Under the pieces are notes generated by a model, which saw nothing but the letters and a program-made list of their open reading frames with translations, searched no databases and was not told the DNA's origin. A stretch of DNA of 64,000 bases from Lama guanicoe (Eukaryota). Every line of letters begins with the position of its first letter. Position 1 is the stretch's first letter. This document shows, piece after piece, positions 25,195 through 38,061 of this stretch. The translations under genes were made by a program, and so were the position numbers. The DNA is taken from contig MU056050.1 in NCBI GenBank assembly GCA_013239625.1, forward strand, positions 2,776,084 to 2,840,083, written 5' to 3'.

Positions 25195-25960
25195 TTCTAT
25201 TGTAAATCTAAAGATGCAGAAAATAAACAAAACAAACACATAGCTCAATGAACTATTATAAAGAGAACATTCTTGTAATTATCACCCAGATCAAGAAACA
25301 GAACTTTGCCAGCTATCCCAGAAGCCCCTCCATAATCCCCATCCTAGTCACAACTCCCTCATTATTCCTAAGAAACCACTATCCTGACTTTTAGAGTAAT
25401 TGCTTTCTTGTGTTTTAAAAATAGTTTTATCATTAAAACGTGTAGGTTTTGAGATATAGTTTGTTTAATCTATAGGCTCATTCTTTATCCTTCTTTTTTC
25501 TTTACAATTTAACTCTCAATGAACTCAGAGAATAATATCTATAGTTTCCCATAGTCTGGCTTTTGTTGATTTCACACTCATAGTGGAGTCCAACATGTTT
25601 TTCTGACTTCTGTGTTTCTGGCAAATTGGCAGGTGAATGCGGACTGGATCAAAATCAGGTTTGATCTCTTTGGCAAAACTATAGGTGATGTTTGGCAGGA
25701 ATATGAGAGGCATATAGCGCCTGGCCATTTCTCTTTTTGTGATGTGTCTGGTCATTTCTCTTTTTGTGACGTTAGCAGCTATTGATGCTTAATGCTTATA
25801 TCTATTAAGCCATAGAGGTTGCAAAATGGTGATATTTTATAATTTCTTTTCCATTCATTAGTTGGAATAACTTTATGAAGAGCAATTCTCCTTATCTACT
25901 ATTGGGTTACCTAGTGGTATAGTTCCTGCAATTTAAACATATTAGACGGGTTTCAATCCT
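25195..25960 (-). mobile_element. L1MC/MD-type 3' end
   Basis: atcacccagatcaagaaacagaactttgccagc...gttgcaaaatggtgatatt. Confidence 0.7.
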
Positions 25961-26334
25961 CTATAATTTTTATCAGCTTGGCTAAGCTTGAACTACATTT
26001 TCCAGAATGTCCTTCCCTCTATGGTACCAAGTTAGAATTGGCCAAAAGAGAAATTTTTTGAGATTTGGAAGGGAGAAATTAAGCAGCTATTTCACTCTCT
26101 CAAGGCTGTGGTTACCTGCAGTGAGAGCCAGATGCAGAGGTGCCTGCTGGTTCCAGCTTGTCCTTGCTTTCCCTGACTCAAGAGTCCTGTTCTTCTTCCC
26201 AACTGCCAGCCTTGCTGACTAAGGGCTATCCCAGGCTAGGGCTGTGAGTTGCCTGGTAAATCAGGACACTAGTTAAAATGAATTCAGAAAAACATAACTT
26301 TTTAGTAGAAGTATGGACCATGGCACGCACGCAT

Positions 26335-26377
<43 letters not shown>

Positions 26378-26388
26378 CTCTCTCTCTA
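26335..26388. repeat. (CA)n(CT)n microsatellite
   Basis: Direct reading. Confidence 0.95.
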
Positions 26389-28490
26389 AATTATATGTCA
26401 TTTAAATATATAAAATATATATTTTATTTAAATATAAATAATATAAAATGCATTTATATGTAAGTATGTTTTAAATATGTATACAAATAAATATGTTTTA
26501 TAGACATATTTAAAACGTACATATGTATATACCTATGTGTCTTTATACATATTACACATGCAACTTTCTAGACTTCTCCATCATCAATCCTGTGAATTCC
26601 CACTCTGACAGCAGGACATGCCTGGCTGTTTTGTGTCTTTCCTCTGATCTTCCAACTCTGTTTCTGATCCTTACTTTCCCAGTGTCTTTAACAACTAGGT
26701 AAAGTTGTATTCCTAGGACAGATCTCTTATTCTACAATATAAATTATGGTTCAGCTTTCTTGACCAAATCCTGACAAGTACAATTCTTCAATACAACCAA
26801 GTTTTTCATGCCTTGTCCACAGGCCAACTCTAGACTTAAAAAACCAAGTAAAAACTTATATATGTTCATAAAATTACTATTTAATGCTGAGTCACATAAT
26901 GCTGGGCCAAGAAATGACAAGCTAATCAGTGTGCTAAAAGTACATCCATCCTCTGTGGATCCTAGTATCAACGTGAAATGGATTTTCTGTGTGTATATTT
27001 TATGGTACTTTCTTAGAGTTCATCAATTGAATAAAACCTATACTATTTTAGTTTTCTTGATGGTTTCTTATGATTTCTTGTACATTTCAAACATTTTTCT
27101 GCTGTTCTACATTGGCTTTATTTCCTCCCTTCCTCCATTCTTTCCTACTTCCCTCCTTCCCTCCCTCTTTCATTTTTTATATTTACTGGAATTGTTAAAG
27201 TGCTTAGTTAATTAACTTGTTTAATTGTTTAGTGCTTGCTAGGGGCATTTAAGGTATTTAAAAAGAAAATGAAATATGTTATATTTATGAATTCAGTTTA
27301 AAATATTTGAGGGACTTTAGTTAATTAAATTAAAGTTGGACTGATTAATAAATAGAATAACATTTGTAAATTGAAAAGTTCAAGAAAAATTTAGTTTCAA
27401 ATATTCCAACTTTAATAAGTTGAAATTGAAGAAACCCATGTAATAGTAGTTTTGTTTTCTGTTTGCAAAGAACTCACATTTAATCATACAAAAAACTAGC
27501 ATTACCACTTTCTTTTAATTCTATTTAACTCCTTAATGTCTGAGTTTTTTTCTAATTTTTTGTTATACAATTTATGGCATTGAGGCTGCATTTTTTCTTG
27601 TAGAGGCTATTTCCCTGCTCTGATCTAGCTGGGTTGTTCTTGAGGCCTGTTGCACAGTTATAATACTAGAACTTCCCTCTCCTGCTCTCCTGCCATAAAT
27701 CTGCTGTTTTCTGGATCAGGTTGTGACCAAGACTTCTAGTTGCCCTTCAGTTTCCATTTTCCTCTTCTGAAGTGGTAATAACCTCCCTAATTTTTAAGAT
27801 GGGCAAATAAAGATATTTTCTGGCCCTTCTGGCAGGTAGCTGTGACTATGTAACCAAGTTGTGGCCAATGGGTATAAGCGGCAGTGACACCTGGAATTTC
27901 GAGACTGTGCCCTTCTTACCCCTCCTTCCTCCATCCTTAACCCCTGCATCTTGTTGCCTGGAACATGGATGCATGTAATGGTGCTCCAGCTTGGAACATG
28001 CATATGAGCTGAACATCCTGGGGAAGATGAGGCAACCGGATTAAAATCTAGATCTCTGACACTGAGGATTCTTGGTTGCTCAATCTTATTATTTAATTAA
28101 AAACTGTTTAACTCTTCTTTTTGAAATAATTTCTGACATAAATGTTGTAAGAAGAGTTTGGGTTTTGTGAGCACAAGCCACCCATTCTCCTTTCTTCACC
28201 TTGCAATAAACCTTTCTCTGTTCCAAAAATAAAAAAGTAACAACAGAACAAATAATTCTTATATATGTAAATTATTGCATAACAAAAGTATAATTATAAA
28301 AGTCAGGAAATTAATATTGATAAAATAATCTCATCAACATAATTCATTCAAACTTCATCAGTTGCTCACTAATATCATTTTCTGGTCTAGAATACAATCA
28401 AGGAACATGTGAAGTTGTAGTTTTCAAGTATCCTTTATTTTGTGACAGTTCCTCAGTCTTTTCATGCCTTTCATGACCTGACATGTTTTA

Positions 28491-29103
28491 AAACTTGAGA
28501 TATAATGGACATATAATATTATATTAGTTTTAGGTGTATAACATAATGATAAAATATTTATATATACTGTGAAATGATCACCACAAGTCTAGTTAATATC
28601 CATCACCATACATAGTCACAATTTTTTTTCTTGTGAGAGAACTTTCAAGATTTACACTCTAGGAAATGTCAAATATACAATACAGTATTATTAATTATAG
28701 TCACCATGCTGTACATTACATGTCCAGGAACTATTTACCTTAAAACTAGAAGGTTGTACCATTTGACTCCCTATACCCATTTTGCTTTACCCCTGCCTCT
28801 GGCAGCCACCAATCTGTTCTCTATATCTATGAGTTCAGTTGTTTTTTTCTTTTAAAGATTCCACATTATAAGTGAGTTCATATGGTACTTGTGTTTCTCT
28901 GTCTGACTTATTTCACTTAGCATAATGCTCTCAAGGTCCATCCATGTTGTTGCAAATGGTTAAATTTCATTCTCTTTTTATGGCTGAGTACTATTCCATT
29001 GCATATATATTCCACATTTTCTTTATCCATTCATCTGTTGATGGACTCTTAGGTTGCTTTCATATTTTGGCTGTTGTAAATAATGCTGTTATGAACATGG
29101 AGA

Positions 29104-29134
<31 letters not shown>

Positions 29135-29154
29135 CTATATCTATATCTATATCT

Positions 29155-29202
<48 letters not shown>

Positions 29203-29300
29203 ATATATATATCTTTTCAAGTTAGTGTTTTCATTTCCTTTGAATACCCAGAAGTGGAATTGCTGGGTCATATGGTAGTTCTATTTTTAATTTTTTGAAG
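28491..29300 (-). mobile_element. L1 3' end nested in an older L1MC-type element
   Basis: TSD atgacctgacatgtttta (28473-28490) / atgatctgacatttttta (29301-29318). Confidence 0.85.
29104..29213. repeat. Compound microsatellite (TG)n(TATATC)n(TA)n
   Basis: Direct reading. Confidence 0.95.
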
Positions 29301-29729
29301 ATGATCTGACATTTTTTAGAGTATCAGCCAGGCATTTTATAAAATTTCCCTCAATTTGGGTTTGTCTGATATTTCCTTATGATTAAGTTCAGGTTATGCA
29401 TTTTAGGTAGAAATAATATAGAAATGATGTTGTTTCTTTCTCAGTGTCCATATCAGGAGGCACACATTGTTATTTTGTCCTACTATTGGCCATGTTAATT
29501 TTTTTAATTTTAAAAAACTTTTTATTAAAATATAGCACACATAGAGAAAAGTAAAATGATCATAAATTTATCACAAAGTTAACATACTCACGTAACTACC
29601 ACCAGGTCAAAAAATAGAACATTACTAACAACTTAAATGTTTCCATCATATCTCCTCCCAGTTACCACCGCTCATCTTCCTCCAAAATAATCACTGTCTT
29701 GACTTCTAGCATTAAAATTATTTTGCTTG

Positions 29730-31116
29730 TAGCTATAGTAATCAAAACAGTACAGTACTGGCACAAAAACAGACATATAGATCAATGGAGCAGGATAGAG
29801 AGCCCAGAAATAAACCCATGCACTTCCTCATGGTCAATTAAACTACAACAAAGGAGGCAAGAATACAAAATGGAGAAAAGACAGTCTCTTCAATAAATGG
29901 TGCTGGGGAAACTGGACAGCTACACGTAAAAGAATGAAATTAGAACAATCTTTAACACCATATACAAAAATAAACTCAAAATGAATTAAAGACACAAATA
30001 TAAGACTGGGTACTGTAAAACTCCTAGAAGAAAACATAGGCAGAACACTCTTTGACATAAATTGTAGCAATATTTTTTTTGGTCTTTTTCCTAAGGCAAA
30101 GGAAACAAAAGCAAAAATAAACAAATGGGACCTAATCAAACTTAAAAGCTGTTGCACAGCAAAGGAAACCATCTACAAAATGCAAAGACAACCTACTATA
30201 TTTGCAAATTATATGACCACCAAGGGGTTAATATCCAAAATATATAAACAGTTCACACAACTCAGCATCAACAAAACAAACAACTCGATTTAAAAATGGG
30301 CGGAAGACCTGAATAGACATGTTTCCAAAGAAGATTACAGATGGCCAACAGGCATGTGAAAACATGCTCAACATCGCTAATCATCAGAGATGCAAATCAA
30401 AACCATAATGAGATAACACTTCACACCTTGTCAGAATGGCTATCTTCAAAAAGACCACAAATAACAAATGTTGGGAAGAATGTGGCAAAAGGCAACCCTT
30501 GTACACTGTTGGTGGGAATGTAAATTGGTGCAGCCACTGTGGAAAACAGTATGGAGGTTTCTTAAAAACCAAAAAAATAGAGTTACCATATGATCCAGCA
30601 ATCCTACTCTTGGGCATATATCCAGAAAAGACAAAAACTCTAATTTGAAAAGTTACATGCACCTCAATATTCATAGCAGCATTGTTTATAATAGTCAAGA
30701 TATGCAAGCAACTTAAGTGCCCATCAACAGATGAATGGATGGAGATGTGGTATATGTATACGACAAAATACGACACAACCATAAAAAATGAAATTTTGCC
30801 TTTTGCAACAACATGGATGGACTTCGAGAGTATAATTAATGCTTAGTGAAATAAGTGAAATAAGTCAGACAGAGAAAGACAAATACTGTATGATATCACT
30901 TATATGTGGAATCTAAAAAAGAATACAAATGAATGTTTATACAAAACACAAACAGATTTACAGATATAGAGAAAAAACTAGTGGTTACCAGTGGGGGAGG
31001 TAAAGGAGGAGGGGGATTCTAGGGGTAGGGGATTAAGAGGGAAAAATTACTATGTATAAAATAAATAATCTATAAGGATATATTGTACAGCATAGGGAAT
31101 ATAGCCAATATTTCAT
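29730..31116 (+). mobile_element. L1 ORF2 3' part and 3'UTR, lacking its terminal tail
   Basis: Peptides [19 protein letters not shown] and NNKCWEECGKRQPLYTVGGNVNW; stops at gggaatatagccaatatttcata. Confidence 0.9.
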
Positions 31117-31893
31117 AAGAACAAAAATGGACAAATGCTGGAGAGGCTGTGGAGAAAGGGGAACCCTCCTACACTGCTGGTGGGAATGCAGTTTGGTGCA
31201 GCCACTATGGAAAACAGTGTGGAGATTCCTCAAAAGACTAGGAATAGACTTACCATATGACCCAGGAATCCCACTCCTGGGCTTGTACCCAGAAGGAACC
31301 CTACTTCAGGATGACACCTGCACCCCAATGTTCATAGCAGCACTATTTACAATAGCCAAAACATGGAAACAGCCTAAATGTCCATCAACAGGTGACTGGA
31401 TAAAGAAGAGGTGGTATATTTATACAATGGAATACTACTCAGCCATAAAAACTGACAACATAATGCCATTTGCAGCAACATGGATACTCCTGGAGAATGT
31501 CATTCTAAGTGAAGTAAGCCAGAAAGAGAAAGAAAAATACCATATGAGATCGCTCATATGTGGAATCTAAAAAACAAAAACAAACAAACAAACAAAAACA
31601 AAGCGTAAATACAGGACAGAAATAGACTCACAGACAGAGAATACAGACTTGTGGTTGCCAGGGGGGTGGAGGGTGGGAAGGGATAGACTGGGATTTCAAA
31701 ATTGTAGAATAGATAAACAAGATTACACTGTATAGCACAGGGAAATATACACAAAATGTTATGATAACTCACAGAGAAAAAAATGTGACAATAAGTGTGT
31801 ATATGTCCATGAATGACTGAAAAATGGTGCTGAACACTGGAATTTGACACAACATTGTAAAATGATTATAAATCAATAAAAAATGTTAGAAAA
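31117..31893 (+). mobile_element. Young L1 3' end (ORF2 Cys-rich C-terminus open, plus 3'UTR)
   Basis: ORF 31127-31570 includes [18 protein letters not shown]; ends caataaaaaatgtta. Confidence 0.92.
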
Positions 31894-31894
31894 A

Positions 31895-34800
31895 TTTCTT
31901 GGATGTTTAGATTAATATATTTCATCTAATTTAGGAATTTGGGGGCAATTATTTCTACAAATATTCTTTCTGCTTAGTTTTCTCTCCATCTTTCTGGGAT
32001 TTCCATTATACGTTGGCATGCTTGATGGTATCTGACACGTCCCTTAGGCTCTGTTCATTTATTTGCATTCTTTGTTTTTCTGCTCCTTAGTCTAGAACAT
32101 TTCAATTGACTTATCTTCAACTTCTCTCAATTGTTTTTCTGACTCCTGAAATCTGTGGAACTGCTCTAGTGAATTTTTTGCTTTAGTTATTGTATTTCAG
32201 AATTTTTATTTTATTTTTTTATAACTCATGTTGCTTTACTGGATATTCTCTCTTTGACACAATATTCTCTTCGTTTCCTTAGTTCTCTGTCCATGGTTTT
32301 CTTTAGCTCTTTGACCATATTTAAGAGACTTGATTTCAAGTCTTTGTTTAGTAAGTCCAACATCTGGGCTTCCTCAGGGACAATTTCTGTTGATTTCATC
32401 TTATCCTGGGAATGGCCATACTTTCTTGCATGCCTTGAAATTTTTTGTTGAAAACTGGACATTTTGACATATCTCAACATAATAAAAGCTATATATGACA
32501 AACCTACAGCCAGCATAGTATTCGACAGTGAAAAACTCAAAAGCTTCCCACTAAAATCTGGGACAAGATAGGGCTGCCCACTATCACCACTCCTATTCAA
32601 CATAGTCTTGGAAGTCCTAGCCACAGCAATCAGGCAAGAGAGAGAAATAAAAGGGATCCAAATTGGAAAAGAAGAGGTAGAAGTGTCACTATATGCCAAT
32701 GACATGATGCTATATATAGAAAATCCTAAAAGGTCCACACAAAAACTACTAGAACTAATCGAAGAATTTAGCAAGGTAGCAGGTTACAAGATTAATGTTC
32801 AAAAATCAGTTGCAATTCTTTACACTAACGATGAATCAACAGAAAAAGAAAGTAAAGAAGCAATCCCCTTTAAAATAGCACCCAAAGTAATAAAATACCT
32901 AGGAATAAATCTAACCAAGGAGGTGAAAGACTTGTACACAGAAACTATAAACCATTGATGAAGGAAATTAAAGAAGACTTTAAAAAATGGAAAGATATTC
33001 CATGCTCCTGGATTGGAAGAATCAATATTGTTAAAATGATCACACTGCCCAAGGCAATCTACAGATTTAATGCAATCCCTATCAAATTACCCAGGACGTA
33101 TTTCACAGAAATAGAACAAATCATAATAAAATTTATATGGAACCATCAAAGACCTAGAATTGCCAAAACATTACTGAAGAAAAAGGAAGAGGCTGGAGGA
33201 ATAACTCTCCCAGACTTCAGACAATACTATAGAGCTATAGTCATCAAGACAGTAAGGTATTGGTACAAAAACAGACATATAGACCAATGGAACAGAATAG
33301 AGAGCCCAGAAATGAACCCACAAACTTTTGGTCAACTAATCTTTGACAAAGGAGGCAAGAATATACAATGGAATAAAGACAGTCTCTTCAGCAAGTGGTG
33401 TTGGGAAAACTGGACAGCAGCATAGAAATCAATGAAGCTAGAACACTCCCTTACACCATACACAAAAATCAACTCAAAATGGATCAAAGACTTAAATATA
33501 AGATAAGATACAATAAACCTCCTAGAAGAAAATATAGGCAAAACATTATCTGACATACATCTCAAAAATGTTCTCCTATGGCAGTCTACCCAAGCAATAG
33601 AAATAAAAGCAAGAATAAACAAATGGGACCTAATGAAACTTATAAGCTTCTGCACAGCAAAGAAAACCATAAGTAAAACAAAACAACAACCTATGGAATG
33701 GGAGAAAATTTTTGCAAATGATATAGAAGCAACCCTACTTCAAAAAGATACCTGCACCCCAATATTCATAGCAGCACTATTTATAATAGCCAAGACATGG
33801 AAACAGCCTAAATGTCCATCAACAGATGACTGAATAAAGACGATGTGGTGTATTTATACAATGGAATACTATTCAGCCATAAAAACCGACAACATAATGC
33901 CATTTGCAGCAACGTGGATGTTCCTGGAGAATGTCATTCTAAGTGAAGTAAGCCAGAAAGAGAAAGAAAAATACCATATGAGATCGCTTATATGTGGAAT
34001 CTAAAAAAAAAAAAAGATCATAAATATAAAACAGAAACAGACTCAAAGACATAGAATACAAACTTGTGGTTGCCAAGGGGGTGGGCGGTGGGAAGGGACA
34101 GAATGGGATTTCAAAATTTGTAGATACTGACAGGCATATGTAGAATAGATAAACAAGATTATACTATATAGCACAGGGAAATAAATACAAGATCTTGTAG
34201 CTCACAGCAAAAAAAAATGTGGCAATGAATATATGTATGTTCATGTATAACTGAAAAATTATGCTCTATACAACACTGTAAAATGACTATAACTCAATAA
34301 AAAATGTTAAAAAAACTGGACATTTTTAGTACTAATGTGGTACATCTGGAGGTTAGATTCTCTTTCCTTCCTATGGCTTTTTGTTGCTAGTTGTTTTGGG
34401 TTATAGTTGTTTGTTTAGTGAATTTTCTATTTTTTTAAGGACTCTATTCTTTGTTTTCTGTGGCCAATGAAGTCTATGATCTATGAGCTTGGTGGTAAGC
34501 TAGTGTGTTGACAGTTTTCTTAAATGCCTGGGGCCAGAGAAGGAAAAGAAAACTGCTGCCTTTCTTCACACATTAGTTTTGTCTTGGGCACTCCTTCAAA
34601 CATTAGCCACATTGTTTATAACTCTGCCTCAGCTTTCACTTCATGCTTAGGCAGGACCTGAAGGTCAGCCAGAAGTGAAACTTACTGGTCTTCTCTGGCC
34701 TTCTCTGTGTATACATTCAGCCCTGGGTATGTGCATGGTCTTACAAATCCCTGGAATATCTGGGGGCTTTTAAAATCCATCATACACAAATATAGCTCCT

Positions 34801-35320
34801 TTCATAACCTCTTCCTTCCCATATGTTTTGGTCTATTACTTGTCCCCAGTGTTATCCCTTGCTACAATATGTTGTAGTCAATACCTGTGCGGTCAAATGT
34901 TTTTGGTAAATGCTGCCTAAGAAGCTGTCCAAGTTCTGAGAATGCTTTGAGTCATGTGAAACAAAGTCCTTGTGCCTGTTCTTCAAGGAGTGACCAGACA
35001 GGTAGAAATGGACAACCACAAATCTTTGAGAATAAGTTGTGTTGCTCCCTCTGCTAACGACCTGCTCCAGGAGTATGGGCTATCATATTTGGAACCACTG
35101 TCAATCTGGAGATTGGGGGATGATAGGGAGGCAATTTTAAATGCTACATCTCTCTCTCTCTCTTACCATATAGCAGCCACTTCTTTACCAAGCCTTCCTA
35201 GGATGTTATAAGTTTTTGAGTAGACTCCAGAGTTATGCAGAAGTTGATTCTCACAGTTTTTGCAAGCTCATTATTTGCTTTTGTGGAGGGATGGAGGAGT
35301 GGATCCACTCTGCAATTTTT
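31895..35320 (-). mobile_element. Old L1 5'UTR/ORF1 region, split by a young L1 (32466-34311)
   Basis: Minus-strand peptide [14 protein letters not shown]...[25 protein letters not shown], typical of L1M ORF1; homologous to 50510-52615. Confidence 0.75.
32466..34311 (+). mobile_element. Young 5'-truncated L1 (RT region to 3'UTR) with an internal deletion
   Basis: RT motifs [17 protein letters not shown] and SLYANDM; perfect TSD aaaactggacatttt at 32451-32465 and 34312-34326. Confidence 0.95.
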
Positions 35321-36415
35321 GTTTTTAAAACTCTGTCCATTTATTTTTAAAGAAAAATTATTGGATAGCTGATACGGGTTTTCTCTTTGCTGTTTTGGAA
35401 ACCAGGTCTGTTTTCCAGGTAAAGCAGGTCAATTTTCCAGGTAGCTCTCTTCTCCAATGGCTGACTGGGAATTCTGACAGGGAAGTCTTTATGAGGTAAG
35501 GCAAGCTTGGCAAGCTTTATTTCAGGGTGGGTAAGCTGGGAATTGGCTGTCTGGCAGTGAGTCCTCTAAATGCCCAGTAAAAAGGGTATTTCTCTGAGAA
35601 GCTGATATCCAAACTAGAAGTCTTGACTTTTTCCATGGCATTCAATATTTTTCTAGATAAGAGCTCCCCCCTCCCTTTTTTTTTAAATTTTGTTTTTTTG
35701 CTTGTCGGTCAATGCCAGTAACTGGTACTCTGAGCAAAGGATTTGGGGAGGAATGTGGTGATGGAGACTGATGCAGCTGTTCTGTTTGACAAATCTTCAA
35801 TTAATTCCCCAGTTTAAATGTCCATTTCCCATTCCTGCTCCCTTTTGTACTTGCTGACTCAGAGCCCAGAGCATCTCCAGGGTTCTGCCAGGAAGGCTGG
35901 CTCCCATCTCCTCTGTAGCTTCCTCATAACATATTCTAGACTGTGGTTTCATCCATCTGTTTCACCTGCCAACTAGCTCATACCCAATTTCCTTCTCCCA
36001 GAAATGTGTTGGAACCTCTTTTTTGGCAATCCCATCACTTTCATCTCATTCTTCTTCCTGTTGGAGGTTTATTCCTTTATGTACTGCTGTACTTTTATTT
36101 TAATGGACTCTAGGAGGGACTGTGAACAATGCATGCACCTAGTCTAATACCTTGAACTGGAGTCAACAAATAGGTCGAGCATCTTCCCTATACCACGTAC
36201 TATGCTAGGTTCTGGGGGTATAATGACGAGCGAAACTTACTTCCTGGTGTCAAGGAGCCCATAGTGTAGTAGCAAGTGGAGTCCTATGCAACAAATATTA
36301 AGATGAAACTTTTCCTCTTTCAGTTTTGGATGAGAATCCAAAGCTGAAACAAAGGGATCGCATATTTAAAGAGAGATGACACACATCTTTATGGAATTTG
36401 CTAAAGGATGACTTC

Positions 36416-36889
36416 TGTGAATGAAAATACTGCAACCATATCAGTAAACAAAGAATGCTGAAACCAAGTCATCAGCGGCTGCCGCCACCCCCTAGTGAGG
36501 ACAGGCCTGCAGCCCAGCCTCTGCAGCCACTCACAATGGTGCACTCTGAGGGGACTCAGAATAATAACAGGCAAGATACTGGCCCTAGATAGCTAGGTGC
36601 TTGTCAAAGGAATGAATTCAATGAGCACAAATGTTTGCTTCCTCCTATACACAGAAAAGCACTAAATTCTTTAACTTGAGATGCCTGGTTTTCTTTAGAT
36701 AACAAGTAATCTTTTATTGTTCCAACTACCTGGTCTTTGTTGTAAAGCTCCTATATATCCTAGCTCCTCCCCTGCCTCTTCAGAGCAGTCCCTCAGAGCC
36801 ATCTGAGGGGCTGTCATCCTGGCTCGAGTACTCCCGCCAAATAAAACATAACTCTCAACTTTTAGGCTGCGCATTTATTTCAGTCGACA
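36416..36889 (+). mobile_element. Solo ERV1-class LTR
   Basis: TG...CA termini, perfect 4-bp TSD CTTC (36412-15, 36890-93), TATA-like ctatatat at ~36751, AATAAA at ~36840. Confidence 0.88.
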
Positions 36890-37430
36890 CTTCTAAAACA
36901 CAATCTGTGGCCCCTCAGCCTATTACTTACCCTGAAGAAGTATATAAAGAGAAGCTAGGGGATTGGTTGAGAGAAAAGTAGTAGAGAGGATGGTTTTGAA
37001 GAGAACTGTGAGAATGCTTTGGAGTATCTCTGGCTCGTGGGGAAACGGAGGAGGTACTTCCCATTCATTTAAGTGGAATGGGGCTACAAGAGAACCTCTC
37101 CAATGGCTTGACACATATTCTCTAGGGATTGACATTTGCAGAGACTGGCAACTGACTTGCATTTGAAAACAAAATCTTAAGGTGACAGTGGCTATGGCTA
37201 AAGCAGCCTGTGACAACAGAGGAAAGAGAGTGGGCTGCATTTGCAGAGATCTGTACTTCTACCAACATATGGGCAAAGCTGCCTGTTTCCCAGGGTCCAA
37301 ATATAGTCCCCATGGTAGGAATTTAGAGTTAGTTAAGGGATGTCCCATAAGAAGATTGCTCAGAGGTGTGAAGTGACCCCAAAAGAGGAAAGTACTGATA
37401 GAAACCAGGGGCAGGGCAGTTGAAAGAGAC

Positions 37431-38061
37431 TGTTGCAGAACACAAGTTCATGTGCCTGATACACGGTGAGGCCAAACAAATTGAAACCTCCAAGTTTGGA
37501 GCAGAGAAAGGTTTATTGCAAGGGCCGAGCAAGGAGAGGTAGTGGCTCCTACTCAAAAGAACCAAACTCCCCAATGGTTTTGGGGGAAGAGTTTTTATAG
37601 GCAAAATTTGGGGTGAGGGCTGCAGGATATGAGTCTCTTCTGTTTGGTTGGGGGTGAGGTAACAGGGCAGTGTTCTAGGAATCTTCTGCTCAGCCTGAAG
37701 TTACCATCCTCCACCTGGGGGGGGGGCCTTAGCTCCCAGTAGAAGAACTCAAAGATACTGTTCTGTATATTCCTTGAGTTGGCACTACAGCTCTGCTTTA
37801 TTGATGCACTATTGTTTCTTTCTTTCTTTTTTTTTTTTTTTTAACATTTTTAATTGAGTTATTGTCATGCACTATTGTTTCTTAATTGTTCCTCCTTTGT
37901 TTCTGAATTCCCTCACTTCCCTGATTAGTAACTGTTTGAATCTGCCCTGTGGAACTCAGGGAAAGTCTAGGAGGCTGAAGCCTTTTTCCTGCAAATAAGA
38001 AGCAGGGAGATGGAAAGGCTTTTGTACCCACGAGGGCCCCAAAGACTCCTGCTGGGTTTCA
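37431..38061 (-). mobile_element. Solo ERV LTR
   Basis: TG...CA termini; minus-strand AATAAA (tttatt, ~37512) and TATA (ttttata, ~37595). Confidence 0.8.

Noticed and set aside
25720..25772. ~26-bp tandem duplication ggccatttctctttttgtga / ggtcatttctctttttgtga
   Set aside because: Ordinary slippage duplication within an old L1; no sign of function
28944..29298. ORFs with YI/IS/YR dipeptide runs
   Set aside because: Translation artefacts of the compound microsatellite inside an L1
32608..33425. L1 ORF2 reverse transcriptase ORFs as a functional gene
   Set aside because: 5'-truncated and frameshifted, YADD is mutated to YAND, and there are stops and an internal deletion
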